The notes under the pieces were generated by a model, which did no database searches, had not been told where the DNA came from, and worked only from the letters and a program-made list of their open reading frames with translations. Source: Cladosporium halotolerans (lineage: Eukaryota). Taken from it: a stretch of 20,000 nt of DNA. Of this stretch, positions 9,884 through 20,000 are shown piece by piece; the stretch's first letter is position 1; every line of letters begins with the position of its first letter. The position numbers and the translations under genes are program-made. Where the stretch lies: contig NW_027191507.1 in assembly GCF_011745625.1 (NCBI RefSeq), positions 55,565 to 75,564 on the forward strand, read 5' to 3'.

Positions 9884-12225
9884 TTGGGGCCTCGAAGTGG
9901 CGACGCCCGTTATTACAGACAACGGTCGTGGAGTCTGGCACACAGCAGCCCGTACACAGCAGATAGTACATTCGCATCTGACAGCGCGATCGGCCACGAA
10001 GACGGATTGGAGATCGCTGCAACGAACGCTAACGAATTGTTTCACTACGATCCGCATTACAGAGTGCTAGTCTGCCGGTATCATGGGTATGCCGTCAGGA
10101 ATCTGACAATGCATCTTAGGCTGCAACACAAAGTCCGCAGCTCTCAGAGGCCAGCAATAGAGAAGGATTTCCGGGATTGTGAACTACTGGAGCCGGCACA
10201 GGTCTCAATACCGCCGCCGCTGCACGCACCGCTTAACTGGCTCGTTGCGCCGACCCGCGGATATCAGTGCGACGAAGCCGGATATACCAAGATCTTGAAG
10301 AGCCGAGATGGAATCAGGAAGCACTGTTATAAGGAGCATGCATAGAGGTCGACCGCCGACGATCCGGAACACTGGCACGTACAAACGATATTTCAATCCA
10401 AAGCACATCGTCGGTCTTCCGTCGTCGATTATCACGACAAGGTCGTACGGGAACTAGAGCAGTCGACGAAAGGCATTAGCCCGCAGAATCAGCAAATTCT
10501 AGAGTAGTGGGATCGTCGCCTAGAAGAGCAAGAAGAGGTATCGCAGCTCGCAGAAGCCGTAGTAGCAAAAACCGATCATATACGGTGGTTCAGATGCAAT
10601 AAATGGCCGTATCATCTGGCAGAGAGCAATTTGCGGCAGTTGAGTCGAGCGTGTCGCATGCCGAAACGGGATGAAGAAACGCTTAGAGACGTACTACCGA
10701 AGAAGGCGGAAGCTTTAGTTGAGGAGTGTGTGAAAGGATTGCCGATACTTAGGCACGTTATCAGACGGTGGTTACGAAGCGTAAAAGCATCCGAGCCGGA
10801 CGTACGGCCGTTGGCAAAACTGCAGAACGAAGACAGTCAGAAGCGGTATGCCGTCTATATAACCCGATTCATTTGCTATACGCTACGAAGATGGAAAAGC
10901 CGCGAAGAAGTCGAAAATGCGGGCTATAGAGGGCCAGTGGAGGTGAAGGGGTTGGCGAGAATGAAGATGAGGATGAAGACGAAGATGAGGTCGGGGACGG
11001 GATTGAAGATGATGTCGAAGACGCAATAACGGTCAATCTGACAGGCGGACCGGCAAGTGGCGGCATACGAGAGGCCGACACGATGAAAGAAGCTCGAAGG
11101 CTACATCCGTGGCCGAACGGCTTACACGCGATCGTTGGTCGGCTTTGGAGAGCACTATCTCCGTCGTGTTACTTAGAGTCACCGGAAATGGTCATACTGT
11201 AACTCTTCAGGCACGTTCTATTTAGCACGTAGGAGTTAATGTCTTCGAACGCCCGTTACTGCATTTATAGCTATACTAGGCCTCGTTAAAGACATATATA
11301 GGCTACGAGAAGGGAACGATTTTTCGTTTATACTAGCGGGAATCGTCTACTATTATCGAGTGCTAGGCGTTAAGATTATTCTCCTAAAGACGTTTCGTAG
11401 GGGAGAGACGGCGGAAGACGACGAACGCTTTCTTAAGTGCGACTTAAGTATCTAGCTAACGGAGTATTTAGTCCGATAGCGGAAATTATTAGCTTATTAT
11501 TATATAGTCGATACTATACGTTTAATTACGCGAACGCCGGTACGATATCTTAATCCCTAGACGCTAGTATAATTATATATAGAGGGTAGAATATCCCGCT
11601 CGCGAGATTTAAGAAGCTTATCTACGTAGTAGTAATAGAGGCCGAGAATATACTATAATAAGAGGTACTCTAGTAGGTCGATACTAAGCGATTTAAACTC
11701 CCTATAGATATATTAAGGGACGACGTAACGTATAATTATAGAGACTAATCGTTTCTATTCGTTTCTAAATAATACGCGTAATAGACTCGATATACGTATA
11801 TAGGTACCCGTATAGATATTAGCGTACGTTAACGGTAGAAAGCTTCTATAGGGAGAGCGCTAGTAACGTTAGGAGATACGTAAGTATCTACGATAGATAA
11901 AGTATTTTCGAGAACTACTATTACTCTACGTATACTAGACTAGAAGATAGCTAGTATAAGGTACCTAGATATCCGTCCGGTCTAAAAACGGTTATATATA
12001 GGACCGAAACGTTTTTACGATATATAGGTATATAGCGGTCGTAATACGATATTATAAAAGCGTATCGTAGTACGATTAACTAAAGGTCGTCTCGCGTTTT
12101 CTCGCGTAGCGAGTCGGATAGCTAATAGCTAGGTATTTAGTATACGTACGTCCGCTATAAGAGTTACTTTCTCTTTAATCGTAGCGATAAATATATTATA
12201 CCCGTAGTAACTATATTTATAATAG
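9884..12225 (+). pseudogene. DUF3505 (OrsD-like) N-terminus plus the conserved middle domain of fungal telomere-linked/RecQ-helicase-associated mobile genes; RIP-mutated and 3'-truncated
   Basis: ELFHYDPHYRVLVCRYHGYAVRNL..HLRLQH and GYQC..IRKHCYKEH Zn-finger-like motifs, then IRRWLRS..RPLAKLQNEDSQKRY and an acidic tract. RIP-damaged reads follow: PLLH.IAILG, YLANG.FSP, DRNVF..AVV.RYYKS....KVV.RFL..RVG.L...YLVYVRP. Stops are TAG/TAA at expected W/Q codons. No helicase motifs were seen. Confidence 0.75.
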
Positions 12226-14034
12226 GCGTTTAAAGGAACCTCCTTTATTTGGATTTCTTATAGTACTATACGGCGGTTAGAAAAGCGGGGATCGGTACTA
12301 ACGTTTTGGGAATATATTTAGATCGTAGATAGGCGAGAAGGTATATTATAATAGTTTCGGTAGTAATCGCTCTAGAATATAATCGTCGAGCTAGCCTAGT
12401 TAGTAGTCGGGTTATACTTCTTAAGCTAAGGTATACTAAGTACGATTAGGTAGTATACTAAGCGGGTAAGAAAAAGGGGTACTCCCTTTTCTATATAGTA
12501 TCTGGTTTCTAGGTCGTAGCGGATATAGTAATAGATAATCTAAGCGTCTTCGCTCTTATCGGCGAAGCTATATAGCTTAAACGGACGGCGGAGGGTATAG
12601 ATTAGTAGACGATACTCTTTTACCTACGTTTAATCTATAAAGGCGTCTCCCTTATAACTAGTATCGAGGAGGGAATAAGTTTTAATAGAATAGTATTCGG
12701 AGGTTATAGTAATAAATAACTTTAGTAAACGGGCTCGTTAATACTTAGCTTTAACGGGTATCTTAAAAATCGATATTCTTAAGATCTTAATAAACGGGTA
12801 GTATTACGGGTTAGGATAGGGTATAGTAACGGGTATAGAAGTACGTAATAATAATCTACGTTATCCTAGCGCCTAGAGACGACTTTAGCTAGGCTTATTT
12901 CGTTTTCCGAATACGACGTAGGCGAGGAGTATTAGTCGCGAGCGATATTATATAGGCTAATTAGAGAAGGCGATAATTCGGACTCCTCTTATGAATTAAT
13001 AAATTAATAGATAGATAGTACACTAATTAATTATTATCTTAGAGACTATATAACTTAATCAAAAATTATACTAATTACTTATACCTTTAGGTTTAGCTAA
13101 TTCTAGACTTTAAATCGATAGTATACTTTATAATATTAAAACGTCGATATTTATTAGTCTATTTAAGTAGCTTATAGAATCTTCTTAGAAAACTTTTATA
13201 ATACTATATCTTAAGCGCTTTTTATTTAAAAGGCTACTATTTATATTTTCCTTTAAATTAACTATATCGATATTAGTACTATAGAATATAGACTCGGATA
13301 AAATATCTATACTATAAGTCCGATAGTATAGTATTATAGTTATACTAGATATAGTAAGGCTTACTTAGGCTTTATATTAGATCGCTCTATATAAGTTTTT
13401 ATCTTCTTAGTATTATAGGGAATAATTAATATAGTTATCTAAAGCGTTCTTCTAATTAGCTACGCTCTATATACTACTACTAAGTACCTAATAGACTATA
13501 GTTAAAAATACTACTATACTTAGTAGTAGCTAGATAGATACTTATAGAAGGTAATAGACCTTAGATAGTTACTTTTCTTTAGATTATCTTTTATAGTACG
13601 TTAGTATAGATATATAGTAGCCTCCGTAGGTAATAATAATATAAAAAGTTACTTAAATCTCTTCTCTATCCTACTTAGTAAAGTATTAACCTAATAATAT
13701 CTTTAGGTTTATATTTATCCTATCTCCTATCTACCTTCTATACTAGTAGATAGTTCTAACCTTAGCCTACTTTACTACTACCCTACTACTAAAAGGTAGT
13801 TATCTAGATAGCCTCTAGCTTTATATAAGTTTCCTATAAGAGAACCGTTATATATTTAGTATAGCCTCTATAGATAAATAACTACCTTTAGATACGATAG
13901 CCTAAATCGAACTCTTAAATAAACGCGATTCCTAAAAATTAAACTTTAGTTTAACCTCTATTAGCTTTAGTAAATTTCTACTAAGAGTAAAGATTATAAT
14001 TATATAGAGTATATACGTAAAGTTATATAGTAAA

Positions 14035-14245
14035 TATTATCTATAAAAATATAGTGGTAAGTTCCTATAAAAGGTAATAAAGGATTATCTTAAAGACTAA
14101 TCGCTACTTTATAAGCTAATCCTCTACGCTTTATAGGTAAACTATATATAGCTACTAAGCGCCCCTTAGGCGCGGCGTTATAGGTTACGTAATTAGGTTA
14201 CGTAGCCTAGGTCCTAACTTTACTTCCTTATACTCTTCTATAATA
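14035..14245 (-). repeat. Putative 3' LTR (~210 bp), preceded on the minus strand by a polypurine tract at 14260-14246
   Basis: The minus strand reads AGGAGAGGAGGTAAT then TATTATAG (RIP form of TGTTA...). The plus-strand end reads TATTAT at 14035. A duplicated GGTTACGTA motif (RIP form of GGTCACGTG) and a TATA-like run lie inside. Boundaries are inferred without a second copy. Confidence 0.45.
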
Positions 14246-14569
14246 ATTACCTCCTCTCCTAGATAGATATCCTAGCTACCTAATAGGTACTTTTATAGCG
14301 CCTCTTTATCGCCTTAAATACGCTTCGTACTTCTATACGTTTCCGCCTAGTTACTAGGTAGTATTATATAGTTACTTAGAGTCCTTAACTAGCGCTCCTT
14401 CCTTAGGTAGGTAAATATTATTATTAGGGGTAATAAAGGTAGGTATAATAGTATCGCGAGTTCTCCTTACTAGTACTTCTCTTTCTCTCCCTATATATAT
14501 ATATATACTAAGCGCCTCCCCTCCGCGCCGCCTTTAGCTTATTAGCGCCGCGCCTACTTACCGTATTAT

Positions 14570-15409
14570 CTACGTAAGCTTCTTTTTCTATCTATAGTAG
14601 TAGTATACGCGCTACTATACCTATTTATAATAAGTATATTCTATACCTTAACGACGACCTTACTAGTAAGTTTATAAAACGCGCTCCGCGCGCGTAGCGC
14701 TAGTACTTCCCTTACTCTAAGCTAGCTAACTATCTTTATAGCTAACCTATACGATAGTATTTTTAGTCTTATAGCTAAAAAGTACTCCCGCTACGCCTTA
14801 TCCTATAAGGCCTATATAGCGGTTAAGCCGCCCTACTTTCCTACGCTTATATACGCCGTATACGCTTATAAGGCGTATACGCGTACCTTAGATAACGACG
14901 ATAACGACCTAGCGGCCCGCGTATAGGCCGCTATTAACGCTAGCGAGGCCGTCTATAAGGACTTACGGTCTTTTAACTATAACCGTAATAAGGTCGCTAG
15001 CGACTACCCTACGCTACGTAAGGTACGTACTACTACTACGCCGGTAGATAGTAATAGTATCCTCTTACTAAAGGTATAGAGCTTACGCCGCGGCGTCCTA
15101 GCGTTTATTAAAGTCGGTAAGACTATAAGTACTTTCCTTACTCTCTCTTCGCTTCTTAAGCGCTTTATATACTTACTACTTTCGTAGATCGTTTAGGATC
15201 GCCTAATCCCTAATAAGGCCTCTAAGGCTATTAACGCTATTAACGAGGCTCTTAGGCCGGACGCCCTAATAGGGGCCTTCCGGCGTAAGTCCTTATTACT
15301 ACTACTACGCCGTCGCTATACCTACGCTTTATTAGAGGGCGAGGATAAAGAGGATAAGGATAAGAATAAGGGAAGAGAGGAGGGTAGTAAGAAGGAGATA
15401 GAAGAGTAA
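14570..15409 (+). pseudogene. Antisense accessory gene inside the retrotransposon: three exons (..14665, 14742-15124, 15188-15409), inferred six-Cys motif and acidic tail; start not resolved
   Basis: Intron 14666-14741 has GTAAGT, GCTAAC at 14725 and TAG. Intron 15125-15187 has ATAAGT (RIP form of GTAAGT) and TAG. The spliced frame is continuous except for RIP-type TAG/TAA codons and ends EGEDKEDKDKNKGREEGSKKEIEE-TAA (15407-15409). Confidence 0.65.
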
Positions 15410-15589
15410 TACTTTCTATCTCTCTCGCCTACTACGCGCCTTTATAGCGCCTTTATTTTTTATATAGCGTATCTACGCCTTAGCTACGCCGCGCTTTTAG
15501 CGGTTTTCCTCTTTTTTCATTTTCCTATTAGGCCTTAGCCTATAAAAAATAAATAAGCGATTTTCCCTTTTTTTATCTTTATTTTCGTC

Positions 15590-18500
15590 TTCTTACTTAC
15601 GTTTCGCCTATATATTATATACGCTTATTAGCTATTTCGTATTTTTATAGTTCTCTATAGGCTTCTAGCTTAAGTACTCCTCTAGCTAGCCTTTCTACTA
15701 TACTAAATACTATAGCTATTCTTTTCTTTTACGTAAATCTTTAATTACCTCTACTCTCTATTTATCTACTACCTCTATAAAGAATATAAGATACGTTAGT
15801 TCTTCGCCTACTCGCTACTACTATAGCTTTAATAGCGAGATATAGAATACGTTATAGATCTTATAGGAGCTTAGGAGTACTAGTCGGTACGCCTATAAGC
15901 CGACTACGTCTTTTGCTTAAAACGGTCTAATATACTAAGCCCTTAGCTTCCTTTTTACGCTTAGTAGATATAGATTTTTCGTTAGTAGAAGTACCTTCTC
16001 CCTAATCTTAAAGTATATTAGCTTTAAACGCTAGTTCTAATACTTCTTCTATATCTCTTAAGCGTCTTACTAACGTAACGCTAGCGTCTTATACGTTTTA
16101 TATAATTATCTTATACGCTTTATAGCTACTTATACCTTCTCCTCCTATAGTTTATCCTAAATTAGCGCCGTTCTAATCTCTAGCGACTAGCTATAAAGGA
16201 GCTCGAAAGGGCTTATATAAGTCGCCTAGTATACGCCGTTATTTGCCGCGAACTCCGCCTACGCTAGTATATCTAGCTATATCTCCTACTTTTCTAAGTA
16301 ATAGTAACGTAGGTATTACTTAAGCGTTTAGTTTATCCGCTTAGTCTACCTATCTATCTAAGGATAAAACGCTATACTTAGTCTATATTTTACCCTCGCT
16401 TTTGAAGCGAAGTTACTCTAATACTAGCTTATAAAGAGCGATTCCCTATAAAAAAGGATTCCTTTTAGTATATTAAATCTTTAGACGATATTATCTATTA
16501 GTAGCTTCGTAAGCTCTACGCTATCGTAGCGCTTAGTAGTCGCTATATATACGTTTATCTTTATATATCGATCGATAATTACTAGTATTATATCTACTAC
16601 CTAGTTCGCTATCTTTCCTAGTAGAAGATTAGTAATAAAGTCTAGCGTAATTTCCTCCTAAGGATAGGAGGGTAGTACTAATACCTACGCCTTACTATAG
16701 GGCCGGTATTACCGCGACTTTACTACTTAATATATCTAGTAAGATACTACGCGCTCTATAATATCCTTCCTTAGGGACGGCTACTAGTACTTACGGTATA
16801 GTAATACCTTCGTTTTATCTCGACTAAAGTACCCTATAAGCGGGTTATCGTAGTAGATTCGCATAAGCTCTATTCGCGCCGCGCTATCGTCGGGTATAAA
16901 TAGCGCTCCCTTATAATACTAAAGGGCGTTATATTTTACCTACGCTTATACGTCCTTTACGCGTCGACTACTTTCCTATAGCTCCGCGAGTTTATACTAG
17001 CTTCTACTCTATAAAATCTATAATACCTCTATTAGGCCGCGGTCCGGATCGTTAAACGGATCCTTATATTATACCGCTAAGTTAACGACTCGCCTTATAA
17101 TTAAGATACGGTCCTATATAGTAGAGTTACTAGCGTTATACTAGAGACTCTCTTACGCGTACGCTCTATATACTAGGGATACTACGGCCTCCTCTTTCTC
17201 CTATACTATTAGCTTCTTCTATAAGGTCGGGAGTAAGTTATAAGGCGCCTACTCTTTACTATTATAGACTAGACGCCTTAATAGGACGTCTACTAGATTC
17301 GACGGGCCGCTTTAGTATTCGATTACGAAATTAAAGGAAGCTAGGAACGTTACCTACCTAGCTTAATAGCTATTAAATTATTTTATACCTATAAAACCCC
17401 TTAGGTTATTATAGTCTATAAGTACTTATATCCTATACGTAGCGCCTTAAAGGTACTAGTAAGACTACTTAAATCCTTCTACGATCGCGAGTAACTTACT
17501 ATCGTACGTCTTATAGTTATACTTAGCCGGATTTAACTTTCTTAACTAGAAAGTAATAGGGTACTAAGTCGTATACTATTTACTAGCGGGGAGTAGTTAT
17601 AATAGTATCGCGACGATTACGAACTACGAGGCGTCCGTCTCTATCTAGAGTTTCGCCTTAGGCTTACAATACCTAAGGATAGGCGCTTCTATAAAGGCCG
17701 CTTTTACCTCCTAAAACGCCTCCTCTTCGCTTATACCCTACTAGAGCGGACCCGACTTTTTACCCTATTTCGCCTCTTTCGTAAGCGCTATTAGCGGCGC
17801 TACGATCTTAGAGTAGTTCTTAATAAATCTTCGATAGAAATTAGTAAATCCTAAGGATACCTATACGTCCTAGAAGCTCTACGGTATCGGCTATTCTTTA
17901 ATAGTAGCTACCCGGCGCCTATCTATTAAGACGCTAGTTATACCTACGATATACCCTAGGAACTCTACTTCTATCGTAAAGAAATAGTATTTCTTTTAGT
18001 TCGTATAGAGGGCGAGTTTCCGGAGTCTCTTTAGTACTATACCTAGGTCTCGCTAATACTACTCTTTCGTATCGCTATAGATAAGGATATTATCTAGGTA
18101 GACTACGTAGTAAATATCGATAAGCCCTACTATAGCCCGATTAATATATACTTAAAACGTTACCGGAGTATTAGTTAGCCTAAAAGGTATTACCTTATAT
18201 TTAAAGTAGCCGTAGCGTATACGAAACGCCGTCTTCTACTTATCGCCGCGCTTAATCGGGATTCTATAGTAAGTATCCTTAAGGTCTAATACTAAGAAGT
18301 ATATAGCTCGCCTAAGCCTATTTAGCGTTTTACTAATTAGAGGTAAGAGATACCGATTCTTCCTTATAATAGCGTTTAGCCTTTAGTAATCTATATAGAG
18401 ACGTATAAAACTATCTTTCTTTAGTATAAAGAGGATAGGCGCCCCTACTTTACTAGCGCTCCGCTAGATCTACCCGTTCTTAAGCGCCTACTTAAGGTAC

Positions 18501-19100
18501 TAGTAAAGGACCTCTAACTCTCTTATAGATAGGTTATAGAGAAGCTAGAAGGGTAGCTTCTACCTTAGCTCTAAGTTAATCGTATACTCTATACCTTTAG
18601 GGAGTAGGAGGCCTACTATATCCCCTTTAGTAAAGACGTCGCTAAATTACTAGATCTCTACTAGTAGCTCTATAGCCTCTAGTAGCGAATCCGTCCTTAT
18701 AGTATAGACGTAGGGGGCTCCCTTAAAGTCTTACTAGAACGCGCGTATATTCCCGTACGCGTATCGCCGGTATCTTACCTAGTTATATAAATTACTATAG
18801 GTCTCTCTTACTATCTACGGCAACTTTATACTTCCGTCGCTATAGCTAGCTAAAGAGGACCTTAGCCCCCTTTAACTTATAGCTAAAGAATATATCGTCT
18901 ATTAGGTACTATATATCTATAGAGTCTACGATTTATATATATAGCTTATATATACTATAGTATAGCCCCTTCTCGCCTCTAAATTCCTCTATACTTAGTA
19001 GAGGTACTTCGACCTTCTATAGGTTATATTATAACGTTAGGCGCTATAAGACGATATTTATCTCTACTACGTTATCTAGGATATAAGTAGCTTCTATACG
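15590..19100 (-). pseudogene. pol: pol polyprotein (protease, RT, RNase H, integrase, chromodomain), RIP-inactivated
   Basis: Protease-like ILDNVVEINIV at ~19050-19085. RT: GAPILFILKKD..RLYIDY, KTAFRIRYGYFKYKVIPF.LTNTP and VYLDNILIYS (YLDD at 18100-18089). RNase H: IETDAS, RKLNPAKYNYKTYDSKLLAIVE. Integrase: ITLDFIT, SIAFYP*IDR*TKRIN. Chromodomain: YLV**KG*LEEYLS*KP at ~15620-15760. Confidence 0.92.
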
Positions 19101-19189
19101 CTATCCTTACGAGTCGACTTCTCCGCGTAGGGTCTTTATAGGCTAGGAGCTTCCCGCCGTCTATATAGACTCCTAGCGAACCGCCCTAA

Positions 19190-19660
19190 CGCTAGCTAGT
19201 TAAGCTTAGGTTAGTACCTATAACGGCTTCGCTTAGGGCGCGATAGCGGTTACCTTTTATATCGCTATCTACTTAGCTCCTACCTACTTATAGTAGTTAG
19301 GATAGCTACTCCTAATATAGCCCTACTCCCGATAGCCGTAGTATTTAACGCCCTTCTACGGTTAAATCTTCCCGGCGGCTCCTTTAGGGGTAGCCTACGC
19401 TACTAGTATATTACTTAGGCGCGTAGAGAATAAATCCCTTTTCTAGAACCTAGGTAGTAGTACCTCGCCGGCGTCTTTCTTAAGGGGCCGGTTATTATAG
19501 GGGAGTAACGTCTATACTAAGGCTCTATATAGTATTAAATAAGTTCGATACCGTAAGGAGGAGGTTTACTATTTAAGTCCGCTTAGAAGGAGATAAAGAG
19601 CTAAGGCCGTTCTACTATACGCGGGCCTAGCCCGCGTATACTCCTAGGGCTTACCCTTTT
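19190..19660 (-). pseudogene. gag: gag C-terminal fragment with zinc knuckle
   Basis: 19343-19302 reads Y-Y-G-Y-R-E-*-G-Y-I-R-S-S-Y, the RIP product of C-x2-C-x4-H-x4-C. Confidence 0.75.
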
Positions 19661-19827
19661 ATACTATAATAATGCTTTAAGAAGATACCCTTATAAATAA
19701 TAGTCTTATATTTCTAAAACTTAGATATAATACTATTTATTATTTAAAATTAATAGTAGTAAGCTTTTAGCTTGATTTTACCCTACTAATCTAGTAAATT
19801 ATAAGGTTCACTTTAAACCTACTAATA

Positions 19828-20000
19828 ATGATAATAATGATGATTTTCATTCAGGCTATGCACGGAGACCGTATGAGCCGTCCCTAATCGCTACCTAACA
19901 TTACAACGAAAGTCGCCTTGCACTCATGACCCGAGAGATTAGCCAACACCTCACCCGACCCTCATGTCCGAAGAACGAGACAGTCTGCCAGTCTGGTAAA
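19828..20000 (-). repeat. Right arm of the long inverted repeat (partner 9433-9605); runs off the window edge
   Basis: Its reverse complement matches 9433-9605 at ~90%. It lies just outside the RIP-saturated block. Confidence 0.92.

Larger units (their letters stand above)
14035..19660 (-). mobile_element. Ty3/gypsy chromovirus LTR retrotransposon, RIP-inactivated, 5'-truncated within gag
   Basis: Minus-strand order is gag zinc knuckle, protease, RT, RNase H, integrase, chromodomain, extra antisense gene, PPT and LTR. No second LTR copy is visible near 19500-19800. Both ends are approximate. Confidence 0.9.
11150..19810. other. Heavily RIP-mutated, AT-rich repeat block
   Basis: CpA/TpG are almost absent, TpA is in strong excess and CpG is retained. 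No long ORFs are present. Conserved retroelement motifs carry W/Q-to-stop, C/H-to-Y and D-to-N changes. Confidence 0.95.

Noticed and set aside
14492..14507. (TA)n microsatellite
   Set aside because: Expected product of RIP on CA/TG-rich sequence.
19500..19800. Expected 5' LTR of the retrotransposon
   Set aside because: No similarity to 14035-14245 was seen; the element appears truncated in gag.
1..20000. Starship cargo interpretation for the cluster
   Set aside because: No DUF3435 captain or Starship boundary motif is visible in the window; it cannot be supported without the flanks.

Overview
Filamentous ascomycete (Pezizomycotina-type) genomic DNA, judged from spliceosomal introns with GTAAGN/GCTAAY/YAG signals, a Zn(II)2Cys6 regulator and heavy RIP. 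Bases 1-7200 hold a compact candidate sulfur (sulfide/persulfide/thiosulfate) handling cluster with four members: an intact persulfide-dioxygenase-type metallo-beta-lactamase gene, a convergent paralog that has lost metal ligands and is frameshifted, a doubly frameshifted Zn2Cys6 transcription factor, and an intact YeeE/YedE sulfur-compound transporter. Bases ~7850-9200 hold a degenerate minus-strand gene with six ~85-bp tandem repeats. Bases ~9430-20000 are bracketed by a ~90% identical inverted repeat (9433-9605 vs 19828-20000, running off the window). Inside it lie a truncated DUF3505/telomere-linked-helicase-type gene with a RIP gradient, unassigned RIP relics, and a 5'-truncated, heavily RIP-mutated Ty3/gypsy chromovirus. 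That chromovirus carries an extra antisense, intron-containing gene with an inferred six-cysteine motif. All assignments come from motif recognition by eye; no database searches were run.
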